Origin: Oscillospiraceae bacterium
GTDB taxonomy: Bacteria; Bacillota; Clostridia; Oscillospirales; Ruminococcaceae
Direction: 5' to 3'
Length of the DNA: 48,845 bases
Assembly (NCBI GenBank): GCA_031548405.1
Contig: JAVBRC010000036.1
Span: forward strand, 1-48,845
The notes beneath the pieces are model-generated. The model ran no database searches, was not told where the DNA came from, and saw nothing but the letters and a program-made list of their open reading frames with translations. Shown here in pieces: positions 9,778 to 20,612 of the stretch (within the stretch, counting starts at the first letter, position 1; every line of letters starts with the position of its first letter). A program made the translations under genes and the position numbers.

Positions 9778-10824
9778 ATGAAAACAATAACTGTTAATGC
9801 AAGTAGTTCATACAACATCTATATCGAAAGAGGAATGCTTAAAAACTGTGGCGAAATAATTGCCAGAACTGTTGAAACGAGAAAAGTGGCAATTGTTACT
9901 GATGATATAGTAGATTCTCTTTATAGCAAAATCGTTTTAAATTCACTGGAAAATGCAGGCTTTGAGGTTTGCAAATTCGTATTTAAAAACGGTGAAAGCT
10001 CCAAAACAACTGAAACACTTAATCAGATATATACGTTTCTCTGCAATAATAATATAACCCGAACGGACTGTGTTATAGCACTTGGCGGCGGTGTTGTTGG
10101 TGATATAACAGGATTTGCAGCTGCAACCTTTTTAAGAGGTCTTGATTATATCCAGATCCCAACAACACTGCTCGCACAGATTGATTCTTCTGTTGGCGGA
10201 AAAACTGCGATTGATCTTCCATGCGGTAAAAACCTTGTTGGTGCTTTTAAGCAGCCAAAATGCGTTATCTGTGATTCAGACGTTTTGTCAACTCTTTCAA
10301 GTGAAATTTTGTCCGATGGAATGGCAGAGGCTATAAAATACGGTATGATTCGTGATAGAGAGCTTTTTGAGCTTATCGCTTCTCATAAGCTTGAAAATGT
10401 ATCCGAAATAATTGATGAGGTTATTTATCAGAGTATTGATATAAAGCGTGATGTAGTTGAAAATGATGAGTTTGATACAGGTGAAAGAATGATTTTGAAC
10501 TTCGGGCATACTCTTGGACATGCTATTGAAAGCTACTATAATTATGAAACCTATACTCATGGAAGTGCTGTTGCAATTGGCATGTGCATGATTACTGAAA
10601 GAGAATGTGACAGTGAAATGCTGGAAAAGCTGAAGAGCTGTGTGCTTGCTTATAATCTTCCTGTTAGGGTTGATGCGCCTGTTAATGAACTGCTAAAGCT
10701 TTGTTCAAATGATAAAAAACGTGAAAGTGGAAAAATTAATTATATAATTTGCCGTGAAATTGGCAAAGCTATAATTGAAAAGGTTACAATAAGCGAATTC
10801 GACAGACTTATGGAGGGAAAGTAA
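9778..10824 (+). CDS. aroB: 3-dehydroquinate synthase
   Basis: GGGVVGD, PTTLLAQIDSSVGGK and LNFGHTLGHAIE motifs. Confidence 0.97.
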   Translation: MKTITVNASSSYNIYIERGMLKNCGEIIARTVETRKVAIVTDDIVDSLYSKIVLNSLENAGFEVCKFVFKNGESSKTTETLNQIYTFLCNNNITRTDCVIALGGGVVGDITGFAAATFLRGLDYIQIPTTLLAQIDSSVGGKTAIDLPCGKNLVGAFKQPKCVICDSDVLSTLSSEILSDGMAEAIKYGMIRDRELFELIASHKLENVSEIIDEVIYQSIDIKRDVVENDEFDTGERMILNFGHTLGHAIESYYNYETYTHGSAVAIGMCMITERECDSEMLEKLKSCVLAYNLPVRVDAPVNELLKLCSNDKKRESGKINYIICREIGKAIIEKVTISEFDRLMEGK

Positions 10825-10825
10825 A

Positions 10826-12061
10826 ATGGATATAAAAATTACTCCATCTAAACTTAATGGGGCTATAAATATCCCATCGTCCAAAAGTATGACTCATCGT
10901 GTTCTTATCTGTGCTGCACTTGCTGAGGGTACTTCTATTATCTCAAACGTTACGTTTTCAAAGGATATTTATGCGACTATTGATGCTTTGAAATCTGCTG
11001 GTGCAGAAATTTCTGTTGAAAACAGTCTGATTACAGTGACTGGTATCGCTGGTCGTATCCCTGAAACTGCGGATATAGATTGCTGTGAAAGTGGCTCAAC
11101 ACTCAGGTTTATGATACCTGTTACGGCTGCTCTCGGTATTAACACAATCTACAGGGGAGAGGGACGGCTTCCAGAACGTCCGATTACACCTTATATAAGA
11201 GAGCTTACAAAAAAAGGTATTAACTTTGATTACAATAATACAATGCCTTTTTCTGTCAGTGGACAGCTGAAATCGGGTGTTTTTGAACTAGAGGGTGATG
11301 TTTCTTCACAGTTTATTACTGGATTGTTGTTTGCACTTCCTCTACTTGAAAATGATTCGGAAATTGTTATGACTTCAAGGCTGGAATCAAAACCATACGC
11401 TGATATGACTGTTACTTGTTTAAAACAGTTCGGAGTTGAGGTTTCTGAAACAGACAACGGATATTTCATAAAGGGTGGACAGAAATTTTCACCGATGAAT
11501 ACTGCTGTAGAAGGTGACTATTCACAGGCTGCGTTTTTTTATGTGGCAAATGTACTTGGAAGTGATATTAAAATAAATAATTTACTTCCAGATAGTACTC
11601 AAGGCGACAAGAAAATTGTTGAAATTATTAGCAGCTTATGTTATAATAATAAAGAATTGCCAGATGGTTTCAGAATTGATGCCTCCGATATTCCTGATCT
11701 TGTACCTATTTTAGGTGTTTTAGGAACTTTTTGTAAGGGGAAATCTGAAATCTTTAACGCTGCACGTCTAAAAATCAAGGAAAGCGACAGACTTACAGCT
11801 ACTGCTGATGCACTGAATGCTTTGGGTGGTAAGGTTACTCCAACTGAGGAGGGGCTTATTATTGAACATTCTGAGCTTAGGGGTGGAATAGTTGACAGCG
11901 TTGGCGACCATAGAATTGCAATGAGTGCTGCGATTGCTGCAACAATATGCAGTGAATCGGTGACTATAAAAAATGCTGAAGCAGTTGAAAAATCATATCC
12001 TGACTTCTTCAGAGATTATACAAATTTGGGAGGAACTGCTAATGTCATCAATTTGGAATAA
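10826..12061 (+). CDS. aroA: EPSP synthase
   Basis: SKSMTHR, ESGSTLRF, SSQFITG, KESDRL and DHRIAM motifs. Confidence 0.97.
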   Translation: MDIKITPSKLNGAINIPSSKSMTHRVLICAALAEGTSIISNVTFSKDIYATIDALKSAGAEISVENSLITVTGIAGRIPETADIDCCESGSTLRFMIPVTAALGINTIYRGEGRLPERPITPYIRELTKKGINFDYNNTMPFSVSGQLKSGVFELEGDVSSQFITGLLFALPLLENDSEIVMTSRLESKPYADMTVTCLKQFGVEVSETDNGYFIKGGQKFSPMNTAVEGDYSQAAFFYVANVLGSDIKINNLLPDSTQGDKKIVEIISSLCYNNKELPDGFRIDASDIPDLVPILGVLGTFCKGKSEIFNAARLKIKESDRLTATADALNALGGKVTPTEEGLIIEHSELRGGIVDSVGDHRIAMSAAIAATICSESVTIKNAEAVEKSYPDFFRDYTNLGGTANVINLE

Positions 12062-13136
12062 CCGAATTTCCATTTCACTTTTTGGAGAATCACACGGGCC
12101 GGCAATCGGAGTTGTCATAGATAATTTGCCTCCGGGCGAACATATTGACATCGAAGAGCTAGGTCGTTTTCTTGCCAAAAGAGCACCTAAAAAAGATGGT
12201 ACTACTACAATGAGAAGCGAGAAGGATCTTCCGCAGATTATGTCGGGACTTATAAATGACAAAACAACTGGTACTCCTTTATGCGCATTTATTCAAAATA
12301 CTGACACTCGTTCTAATGATTATTCCAACATTTCAAAGCTTGCACGTCCAGGACATGCTGATTATACAGGTGCAGCCAGATACAAGGGCTTTAACGACGT
12401 AAGAGGCGGTGGACATTTTTCAGGCAGACTTACTGCTCCATTATGCTTTGCGGGTGCTTTGTGCGGACAGATATTGGAGAGAAGGGGCATTTATACCGGT
12501 GCACACATTGCAGAAATCCACAATATAAAAGATGATATGTTTGACAGAACAAACGTAAATAAGCAGGATATTCTTGATGTACGATATAAGAAATTCCCTG
12601 TTATCAATGAAAAACAGGGCGAGAAGATGTTTGATGATATTCAGAATGCAAGAACCGGCTGTGAATCTCTTGGTGGAATTATTGAATGTGCTTGTGTGAA
12701 TGTTCCTGCGGGAATCGGTTCACCAATGTTTGACGGATTAGAAAATACATTGGCACAGCTTATTTTCGGTATTCCTGCTGTAAAGGGACTTGAATTTGGT
12801 GCAGGATTTTTAACTGCAAAAATGGTTGGCAGCCAGAACAATGATGATTTTTACGTTGATGAGCGTGGTCATGTTCTGACTAAGACAAACAATCACGGCG
12901 GAATTCTCGGCGGAATATCTTCGGGAATGCCAATAACATTAAACGTTGCGATTAAGCCAACACCATCAATTTCAAAGCCACAGGAAACAATTGATTACGG
13001 TTCAATGAAAAATGATGTTTTAAGCATCAAGGGCAGACATGATCCATGCATCGTTCCAAGAGCAATTCCTTGTGTTGAGTCAGCTGTAAATATTGGAATT
13101 CTCTCTCATATGCTTGATTATCCGAATTTTGTATAA
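12042..13136 (+). CDS. aroC: Chorismate synthase
   Basis: GESHG, RPGHAD, GGGHFSGR and GRHDPCIVPRA motifs; start at ATG 12042 (GGAGG SD) overlapping the aroA end. Confidence 0.97.
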   Translation: MSSIWNNRISISLFGESHGPAIGVVIDNLPPGEHIDIEELGRFLAKRAPKKDGTTTMRSEKDLPQIMSGLINDKTTGTPLCAFIQNTDTRSNDYSNISKLARPGHADYTGAARYKGFNDVRGGGHFSGRLTAPLCFAGALCGQILERRGIYTGAHIAEIHNIKDDMFDRTNVNKQDILDVRYKKFPVINEKQGEKMFDDIQNARTGCESLGGIIECACVNVPAGIGSPMFDGLENTLAQLIFGIPAVKGLEFGAGFLTAKMVGSQNNDDFYVDERGHVLTKTNNHGGILGGISSGMPITLNVAIKPTPSISKPQETIDYGSMKNDVLSIKGRHDPCIVPRAIPCVESAVNIGILSHMLDYPNFV

Positions 13137-13153
13137 CTTCAAGGTGACTTAAT

Positions 13154-13738
13154 ATGGAAAACCATTCAAAAATGTCTGAACTGGCGACAACAGAGCTGCG
13201 AGATGGACAGACTGTCAGAATTTTAATTTGCTATCTTCTTTATCGCATAAACAAGCCTGTTGATTCTGAACAGCTTTATGATATCGCTGTGACTACTGGC
13301 ATTATAAACTATTTTTTCTATCAGGATGCTATGGATTATCTTATTAAAAATAATTCTATCAGTGTTGAGAAGAATAAAAATAGTGAAATTTACACTTTGA
13401 CGGAGAAGGGTATAAACTGTGCTAAAACTCTGAGAGGTTATGTTCAGAAGTCCTACAGGGATAATATTGTCAAGGCTGCGTTGCGTTATTTTGCAAAGGT
13501 GAAGTACGAGAACGAAGTTAAGATTGAATATATTGAGCTTGAAAAGGGTTTTTATGTTCACTGTCGGTGTCTTGACATTGGCGAGGATCTTCTTGATTTA
13601 AAGCTTTATGCACCTGACCGTACGCAAGCGGAGATGATCGGGAGAAATATTATGTTGAACCCTGCGGGGTTTTACAGTAAAATAGTAAATATTGCACTTA
13701 ACAATAGGGAAGAGGAGTTTAATCCTGACGATTTGTAG
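13154..13738 (+). CDS. DUF4364-family winged-helix protein
   Basis: INYF...YTLTEKG...LKLYAP..QA...NP..FY pattern. Confidence 0.75.
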   Translation: MENHSKMSELATTELRDGQTVRILICYLLYRINKPVDSEQLYDIAVTTGIINYFFYQDAMDYLIKNNSISVEKNKNSEIYTLTEKGINCAKTLRGYVQKSYRDNIVKAALRYFAKVKYENEVKIEYIELEKGFYVHCRCLDIGEDLLDLKLYAPDRTQAEMIGRNIMLNPAGFYSKIVNIALNNREEEFNPDDL

Positions 13739-13740
13739 AT

Positions 13741-14200
13741 AGTGAAGTTGCACGCCGTTTGGTGGGGATAGTTTAACTATATCCGCCGAACGGCGCATAA
13801 TTTAGGTCAACCCTTTTTAAAGGGTTGCGGTTTCCAAAGGCAGAGCCTTGGTCGCTCCGCAGAGCGAAAGCAGCGTGACGCTGCACCCATTCGACATTCG
13901 TCGGGGTTAATTTTAGGGACGCGCAAGAGCCTTTTTCTTTGGTTCTTTCTTTTTTACGATAGAAAAAAGAAAGAACTAGAACTCATTAAGTCTATGAAGT
14001 TTAGTTGACTTGATAGATTTAATTTTCTAGCTCTCAGGGTTATTAAAATTGTTGGGGTTAGTCTTTCTGACGTTTCAATGTCCTTATTGGGCATTTTGAA
14101 AAATTGGTATAACTCGACGTCTATTACTTAGGATTCTCTTTTTGCCCCTCTATCGTAAAACTAAGCCCGACGAACGGCGAATTGGTGAGGCATCACGTTG
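13741..14200 (+). repeat. Modular REP-like repeat, copy 3 (composite, fills the convergent intergenic region)
   Basis: Contains all modules, with several cgcc-gaac-ggcg / cgac-attc-gtcg mini-hairpins. Confidence 0.9.
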
Positions 14201-14854
14201 CTAATCCATCTTTCTCAATAACTTCTCAACATCTGCATGATGGCCTAAAACAACAATGTGATCATCAGTTCTGAAAATATATTCCGCACCAGGAAGTGCC
14301 TGAATGTCATTACTGTTCTTAATTGCAAGTATGTTAATATGAAACCTTTTTCTTGCATCAATCTTAATAATACTCTTTCCAACCCAACTCTCAAGGATAG
14401 GAATTTCGTAAATCGCAGTTTCCTTAGTAAGCTCAATATAGTCGAAAATGTTATCGACGCTATACCGTGTAGCAAGCTTTAACGCACTATCCCTTTCAGG
14501 GTATGTAACTTCGTCAGCACCATTCCTTAAAAGGAACTTTGCATGAATTTCATTTTTTGCCTTACTTATAACCTTGGCAGCTCCCATATCATGAAGCAGG
14601 CTTGTTATTTCAAGACTGCTTTGAAAATGGTCACCTATACACACAAAACAAAGATCAAAATTCTTGATTCCTAATGCTCTGAGAGTGTCAAGCTTTGTGC
14701 AGTCACCAATCTTTGCACTGGTTACGTATGGCATAGCCTCCTGAATCTTTTCTTCGTTGATGTCAACAGCCATTACTTCATCGCCTAAATCATAGAACTT
14801 TTGTATAAGATGTGTTCCAAAACGACCAAGACCTATTATAAGAATAGACTTCAT
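14201..14854 (-). CDS. ktrA: TrkA/KtrA-type K+ uptake RCK subunit
   Basis: IIGLGRFG Rossmann motif, LRNGAD..YPE, TrkA_C domain; start at ATG 14854. Confidence 0.9.
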   Translation of the reverse strand: MKSILIIGLGRFGTHLIQKFYDLGDEVMAVDINEEKIQEAMPYVTSAKIGDCTKLDTLRALGIKNFDLCFVCIGDHFQSSLEITSLLHDMGAAKVISKAKNEIHAKFLLRNGADEVTYPERDSALKLATRYSVDNIFDYIELTKETAIYEIPILESWVGKSIIKIDARKRFHINILAIKNSNDIQALPGAEYIFRTDDHIVVLGHHADVEKLLRKMD

Positions 14855-14932
14855 ATTAAATCTCCATTCTGCCGTTATACTAACTGGCATCGAATATCGG
14901 CATTAAACACGTGAATTGCGTGCTATTGCCTT

Positions 14933-16279
14933 TTATCCTATATTGATTTTTTCAACTGGATTTTGTGCAGTGTGCAGGGTTTTATGCTCCGTAAATAGTA
15001 GTGCAAATGAAAGACTTCCGACTCGTCCGCAATACATAAGAAAAATAATGACAACACGAGAAAATGTGTTGAGATCTTTAGTGATACCCATTGACATTCC
15101 AGCAGTGGTTATTGCTGAAAAAACTTCAATTGTAACATCAGTTAAATTAAGATTAGGCTGTGCAGCTAAAATGAGAAATTCGCAAAATAAAATAAGTGAG
15201 ATATTAATTGTTATAACTGAAACCGCTCTTTTGAGAACATCTGGTTCAAGTCTTCTTTTTAATACATTTATTTCGTTTTGATTTCTAAGACTCGACCATA
15301 CTGATAAAAAGATTATGATGGCTGTTGTGGTTTTTATACCACCAGAAGTTGAACCAGGATTTCCGCCTATGAACATGAAAATTACAGTTAAAAGCTTTCC
15401 AGGTGCGGTCATCGCTGTGAAATCTACTGTGCTGAATCCGACAGTTCTTGGCGTAACCGACATGAAAAGTGATGTTATAATTTTATGATGCACCTTTAAA
15501 TTTTCAAGCTCGTTTTTTCCTTCTATAATATAAAATGCTACAGTTCCGAAAATAACAAGAAACAGTGTTGCAATTAAAACAAGCTTTGTATGGAGCTTAT
15601 AATGAGTTATTTTTAGTTTGTTTACGGAAATATCATCCCAAACAAAAAAGCCTATACCACCAATAAGTACCAGCATAATAACAGTTATGTTGACAAGAAT
15701 ATCATCTCTGAATATTGAAAGTGATGAATATTCTCCAAATCTTCCCATTAAATCAAATCCTGCATTACAAAATGCTGAAATTGAAATGAAAACACTGTTA
15801 TATATTCCGACTCCGACTCCCATTTTGGGTATAAACCTTATGCAAAGTAAGACGGCACCAATAAATTCAATTGAAAATGTGCCTATTAAAATTTTTTTAA
15901 TTAGGCGAACAATTCCACCTATATACATTGTGTTAACGCTCTCCTGAAGCAGACTACGTTCTTTAAGTCCTATTTTTCTGTGTAGAAGCATGGAGAACAT
16001 AGTCAGGATTGTTAAAAATCCAAGGCCACCTATCTGAATTAGACATAAAATTATAATCTGACCAAAAAGTGTCCAGTGAGTGTATGTGTCAGCAGTCGTA
16101 AGACCTGTTACACATGAAGCAGAAGCGGCTGTGAAAAGAGCGTCCATAAATCTTGTAGGCCCTGGTTCACGGCTTGAAAACGGTATTAAAAGAAGTAACG
16201 TTCCGGCAGCTATAAATATGAAAAATCCAAGGGCGACAATTTTCGGATAAGTCAGCCCTTTTGTTATTCTAGATTTCAT
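14933..16279 (-). CDS. ktrB: TrkH/KtrB-type K+ uptake membrane subunit
   Basis: SASCVTGL, SAFCNAGF, PRTVGF, PGSTSGGIK and MYCGRVG motifs. Confidence 0.9.
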   Translation of the reverse strand: MKSRITKGLTYPKIVALGFFIFIAAGTLLLLIPFSSREPGPTRFMDALFTAASASCVTGLTTADTYTHWTLFGQIIILCLIQIGGLGFLTILTMFSMLLHRKIGLKERSLLQESVNTMYIGGIVRLIKKILIGTFSIEFIGAVLLCIRFIPKMGVGVGIYNSVFISISAFCNAGFDLMGRFGEYSSLSIFRDDILVNITVIMLVLIGGIGFFVWDDISVNKLKITHYKLHTKLVLIATLFLVIFGTVAFYIIEGKNELENLKVHHKIITSLFMSVTPRTVGFSTVDFTAMTAPGKLLTVIFMFIGGNPGSTSGGIKTTTAIIIFLSVWSSLRNQNEINVLKRRLEPDVLKRAVSVITINISLILFCEFLILAAQPNLNLTDVTIEVFSAITTAGMSMGITKDLNTFSRVVIIFLMYCGRVGSLSFALLFTEHKTLHTAQNPVEKINIG

Positions 16280-16333
16280 GATATCCCCCGTATCCTTTTA
16301 TCATAACGCATATTGTTATATGCAATATGCAAT

Positions 16334-16362
16334 ATTATACATCATTTTATCATAACTGTCAA
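16334..16362 (-). promoter_or_regulatory. Sigma-A promoter of ktrBA
   Basis: TTGACA-N17-TATAAT on the minus strand. Confidence 0.8.
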
Positions 16363-16528
16363 TGAATAAAAAATTAAATTTTTATATAAAATCTAATGAT
16401 TGAAAAAATTTGTTTTTATAATTCAGCAGAATGCTTGACCGTTACTTTTCAGGTGTGATATAATATAAAGTATTGTTTTAAGAAGTATTTTGCATTAATA
16501 GGATAGTTAATGTTTGTTAAAACCCTAA

Positions 16529-16700
16529 GGAACCACTGATTAAATCACGCCTAACGGCTTTGCACGCAATCTGCTTGCAGATTTTTCGCCATTTTGCACA
16601 TAAAATTCTTGACATACGCCAGTATGCCTGCGAATTTTCTGTACAATCTGGCGAAAAATCTGACAGTGCATCTTACGCACAATATTTAATCAGTGTTTCC
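16529..16700. mobile_element. MITE, IS5-family-like (172 bp)
   Basis: TIRs GGAACCACTGATTAAAT / ATTTAATCAGTGTTTCC; CTAA direct repeat on both sides; second copy at 28809. Confidence 0.85.
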
Positions 16701-16867
16701 CTAAAAAACTTGCTTTAGTAACAATATTAGATTTTTTAAAAAAATGACTTTGGAAAGGTGTCTGTTTTTCGGTGATTTATTTTTAATCTAAAAGAAGCAT
16801 TGAACAAAATATTCTTTTATATTTCGTTCAGTATCGCCCAAAATATAAAAATTAAGGAGCAAATTAA

Positions 16868-18445
16868 ATGCCATTAATAATAAACAATGTTCGTGGAGAA
16901 ATTGACGAAAAAAGCGAGTCCATTATAAAAAATGGATTGAAAAAGGCTGGAATTTCTGCTGAAAAAGTAATAAAAAGCGGAATTTACAAGACCTCCCTTG
17001 ACGCTAGAAAAAGAACTGACATTCATTTTATGCATTCTGTTTTCATTGAGCTTGCTGATAGCGAGATGGAAAATGCTATAAACTGCAAGGACGTAAAGAA
17101 AATTGAAAAAAGTGTTTTCAAGGCTGAAGTATCAGGCACTAAAAAGGACGGAAGAATTGTAATCGCTGGGTTTGGGCCTGCAGGTATGTTCTGCGGACTT
17201 GTTCTTGCTGAACATGGATACAACCCACTTATCCTTGAGAGAGGTGAGGACGCTGACAGTCGTATTGAAAGCGTTAAAAATTATTGGGACGGCGGCGAGC
17301 TGAATACTGAATCAAATGTTCAGTTCGGCGAAGGTGGTGCTGGTACATTTTCTGACGGAAAGCTGACAACAAGAATTAACGATCCACTTTGCAGATATGT
17401 TTTGGAACGTTTTGTTGAATTCGGTGCACCAGAAGAAATACTCATAAAAGCAAAACCACATATCGGAACAGATAATTTGAGAAAAATTGTCAAGGAAATC
17501 AGACAACGTATTATTGAAGCAGGCGGAGAAGTTAAATTCAATTCAAGACTTGATAACATTGTAATGGAAAATGACGAGATAAAAAAAGCTGTCTGGAACG
17601 GTAATGAAACTGAGGCATCAGCACTTGTTACTGCGATTGGTCATTCTGCAAGGGATACTTTTGAAATGCTTGCGAATAATCAGATTTTCATGGAGCCTAA
17701 GCCATTTTCAGTCGGTGTCCGTATTGAGCATAAGCAAAGTGACGTTGATAAGAGTCTTTACGGAAACCTTGCTGGTAATCCACTGTTGCCAGCCGGAGAA
17801 TATCAGCTTTCACATCGTCGATTTGATGGCAGATGTGTTTATACGTTCTGTATGTGTCCGGGCGGTCACGTTGTTCCGGCTGCTAGTGAAGAGGGCGGAG
17901 TTGTAACAAATGGAATGAGTGAGTTTTCTCGAAATGGTGAAAACGGAAACTCTGCAATTGCGGTTTCAGTTTCAGCTGCTGATTTTGGTGGTGGTGTTCT
18001 GGATGGTATAAACTTTGCCAGACAGATTGAACAATCTGCTTATCGTATGACAAATGGAAAAACTGCTCCTGCGACAACTGTTGGTGGATTTTTAACTGGT
18101 AAGCCTAGTATCAAATCGCCTATTACTGCAAGCTATGACCGTGGTGTTACAGCTTGTGATTTCAGTAAGTTATTTCCATCAGATGTAACACAGATGTTTA
18201 CAATAGGGCTTAATGTATTTTCAAAAAAGGTGAAATGCTTTGGGGATAAATCAGCGCTTATGACTGCGCCAGAAACAAGAACGTCTTCACCAGTCAGAAT
18301 AAGCAGAACTGAGAACAGAAACAGTGTTTCAATAAAGAATCTTTATCCTTGTGGTGAGGGAGCTGGATATGCTGGCGGAATTATGTCAGCGGCGGTTGAT
18401 GGAATAAAAACAGCGTTGGAGATTCTGAAGATTATAGCACCGTAA
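16868..18445 (+). CDS. FAD-dependent oxidoreductase (COG2509-like)
   Basis: GFGPAG, GEGGAGTFSDGKL, FCMCPGG, ETRTSSP and GEGAGYAGGI motifs. Confidence 0.9.
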   Translation: MPLIINNVRGEIDEKSESIIKNGLKKAGISAEKVIKSGIYKTSLDARKRTDIHFMHSVFIELADSEMENAINCKDVKKIEKSVFKAEVSGTKKDGRIVIAGFGPAGMFCGLVLAEHGYNPLILERGEDADSRIESVKNYWDGGELNTESNVQFGEGGAGTFSDGKLTTRINDPLCRYVLERFVEFGAPEEILIKAKPHIGTDNLRKIVKEIRQRIIEAGGEVKFNSRLDNIVMENDEIKKAVWNGNETEASALVTAIGHSARDTFEMLANNQIFMEPKPFSVGVRIEHKQSDVDKSLYGNLAGNPLLPAGEYQLSHRRFDGRCVYTFCMCPGGHVVPAASEEGGVVTNGMSEFSRNGENGNSAIAVSVSAADFGGGVLDGINFARQIEQSAYRMTNGKTAPATTVGGFLTGKPSIKSPITASYDRGVTACDFSKLFPSDVTQMFTIGLNVFSKKVKCFGDKSALMTAPETRTSSPVRISRTENRNSVSIKNLYPCGEGAGYAGGIMSAAVDGIKTALEILKIIAP

Positions 18446-18451
18446 TTACGG

Positions 18452-19000
18452 GGATAGTTCACTTTGCCCGACGAATGTCGCATAGTTTAGGTCAACCCTT
18501 TTTAAAGGGTTGCGGTTTCCAAAGGCAGAGCCTTGGTCGCTCCGCAGAGCGAAATCTTACAGCCTTAGAAGAGCATTTTTTCTTTGGTTCTTTCTATTTT
18601 GCGATAGAAAAAAGAAAGAACTAGAACTCGGTAAGGGTTTGAGGGTTAGTTAAGTTGCCAGATTTAGTTTTTCTGATTCTTAGGGTTAGTTTTAGGCTTG
18701 CTTGTTAGTTATTCTGACATTTCAAAATTGTCCCTGTCGGGCATTTTGAAAGACAGGTAGAACTCGACGTCTGTTACTTAGGATTCTTTTTTTACTTGCA
18801 AAAAAGAATCCTCTTGTCGCCTATGGGCGACAATTCACCAGAAAAAATGCGCCCTACGGCTATAAGATTTCGCTCTGCGGAGCGACAAGGACTCCGTCCC
18901 TTGACCCTGCAACCCTTTAAAAAGGGTTGACCTAAACTATTTCGCCATTCGGCGGGGCAACTAAACTGTTTCGCCGTTCGGCGGGGTTAGTAAACTATCA
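18452..19000. repeat. Modular REP-like repeat, copy 4 (inverted pair, REPIN-like)
   Basis: Core module forward at about 18481-18553 and inverted at about 18868-18941, flanked by cgcc/ggcg mini-hairpins. Confidence 0.9.
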
Positions 19001-19024
19001 TACCATGAAAACAGGAGGTTACCT

Positions 19025-19543
19025 ATGCATTTAAAACATCTCTATTACGGCAACGGTAAAGGGAAAACTACTGCTGCTTTAGGTCTTGCTATAAGGGCCG
19101 CCGGATGCGGTATGAAGGTACACATAGTTCAATTCCTTAAAGGTAATGATACTAGCGAGCTTAGTTCACTGGCTCTTGTTGATGGTATAACCGTTGCTCG
19201 CTGTAACAGAAATTACGGCTTTTCCTCTTCAATGACGCAAAATGATAAAACAGAAATCACCAATTGTCATAACAATAATTTAAGAGAAGCAATCTGGCTT
19301 ATAGAACAAGGCAAAATTGATTTGCTTGTTCTTGATGAAGTTATTGATGCATATAACTTGAATTTAATCGATAAAATGCTTGTTTCAGATTTGGTTTTTG
19401 GTGAAATCAATGCTGAACTTGTAATGACTGGACATAAACCAGATCAGACTTTTATTGATGCTTTTGACTATGTAAGCGAGATTAAAGCTATAAAACATCC
19501 ATACCAAAATGGTGTTCTGGCACGAAAAGGAATTGAATATTAG
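19025..19543 (+). CDS. cobO: Cob(I)yrinic acid a,c-diamide adenosyltransferase
   Basis: YYGNGKGKTTAALG, VQFLKG, LDEV and KHPY..G..ARKGIEY motifs. Confidence 0.93.
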   Translation: MHLKHLYYGNGKGKTTAALGLAIRAAGCGMKVHIVQFLKGNDTSELSSLALVDGITVARCNRNYGFSSSMTQNDKTEITNCHNNNLREAIWLIEQGKIDLLVLDEVIDAYNLNLIDKMLVSDLVFGEINAELVMTGHKPDQTFIDAFDYVSEIKAIKHPYQNGVLARKGIEY

Positions 19544-19643
19544 ACATATTACAGTAAATTTAGCTTTTTTGTTGACTTTTCATTTAAAAAATGTTAAAAT
19601 GTAAATATATATTGTATACTTTGTTGAAAATAAGGAGTAAATT

Positions 19644-20591
19644 ATGAGTATTAAGTTTCATCTGCCAGATTTTGCTGCACATTACCGCTTTAATTTGGTT
19701 TTTCTTACAATGCTTAAAAACTGTCCACAGTACTTTAGAGATGGTGTGGAAATCGCATCTATATACGGAACTTTTCCACAGTCAATGTGGAATGGCGGAC
19801 GTGTTATGAAGGACACCTGTGACAAAAGTTTTGTTGATTTAGTTATATCAGGATTGGATTCTTTGGGTATACCTATGAGATTTACATTCTCAAATCCTCT
19901 GATTACTGAAGAACATTTAGATGATGCACTATGTAACTATGTATTAAAGACTGCTGAAAATGGAAAAAACGGTGTTATCGTTGTTTCACCAATTTTGGAA
20001 GATTATATCAGAAAAAATTATCCAGGCTATAAAATCACAAGCTCAACTTGTAAGCGTATTACTGATATTGATGTACTTAACGAAGAAATTGATAAGGACT
20101 ATGATATTGTAGTTATCGACTATGACCTTAACAAAAACTTCGAGGCATTGGAAAAGATTAAGAATAAGGAAAAATGCGAAATCCTTGTTAATGCAAGCTG
20201 TATTCCAAATTGTCCAAATCGTGTTCAGCATTATCGTGACCTTGGAGAATTCCAGATTGCTTTTTCTGAATATGTAAATGCAAAACCTGACAAGCCTTTT
20301 AGATATGAAGATTATGGCATAAAGGAAAGTGAATTTGTTAATTGTCCTCATATGGGCTGCGATGCAGTTGATGCAAGAAAGTTTGGAAATCATATTACAC
20401 CTGATGAACTATATGACAAGTATGTTCCTATGGGATTTAGTCAATTTAAAATTGAAGGCAGAACTGCCAGTATTTTCAACTTGATTGAATTGTATCTTTA
20501 CTATATGATTAAGCCTGAATTTAAGGACAAGGCTCGTCTGGATTTATGTAATAACCTTGAAAAGAATGGAATTCTTGTTGAAGGTCGTTAA
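19644..20591 (+). CDS. Uncharacterised protein with U32-family-like motifs
   Basis: EILVNASCIPNCPNR and FKIEGR motifs; AAGGAG SD; promoter TTGACT-N17-TAAAAT. Confidence 0.55.
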   Translation: MSIKFHLPDFAAHYRFNLVFLTMLKNCPQYFRDGVEIASIYGTFPQSMWNGGRVMKDTCDKSFVDLVISGLDSLGIPMRFTFSNPLITEEHLDDALCNYVLKTAENGKNGVIVVSPILEDYIRKNYPGYKITSSTCKRITDIDVLNEEIDKDYDIVVIDYDLNKNFEALEKIKNKEKCEILVNASCIPNCPNRVQHYRDLGEFQIAFSEYVNAKPDKPFRYEDYGIKESEFVNCPHMGCDAVDARKFGNHITPDELYDKYVPMGFSQFKIEGRTASIFNLIELYLYYMIKPEFKDKARLDLCNNLEKNGILVEGR

Positions 20592-20612
20592 GCAACTTTT
20601 AAACAAAAATAT

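Noticed and set aside
16280-16500. c-di-AMP (ydaO) riboswitch upstream of ktrB
   Set aside because: The promoter lies only about 55 bp from the start; only a short gcatattg/caatatgc hairpin is present
18446-19024. Cobalamin riboswitch upstream of cobO
   Set aside because: No B12-box or GGGAA core recognisable; the sequence is explained by repeat modules
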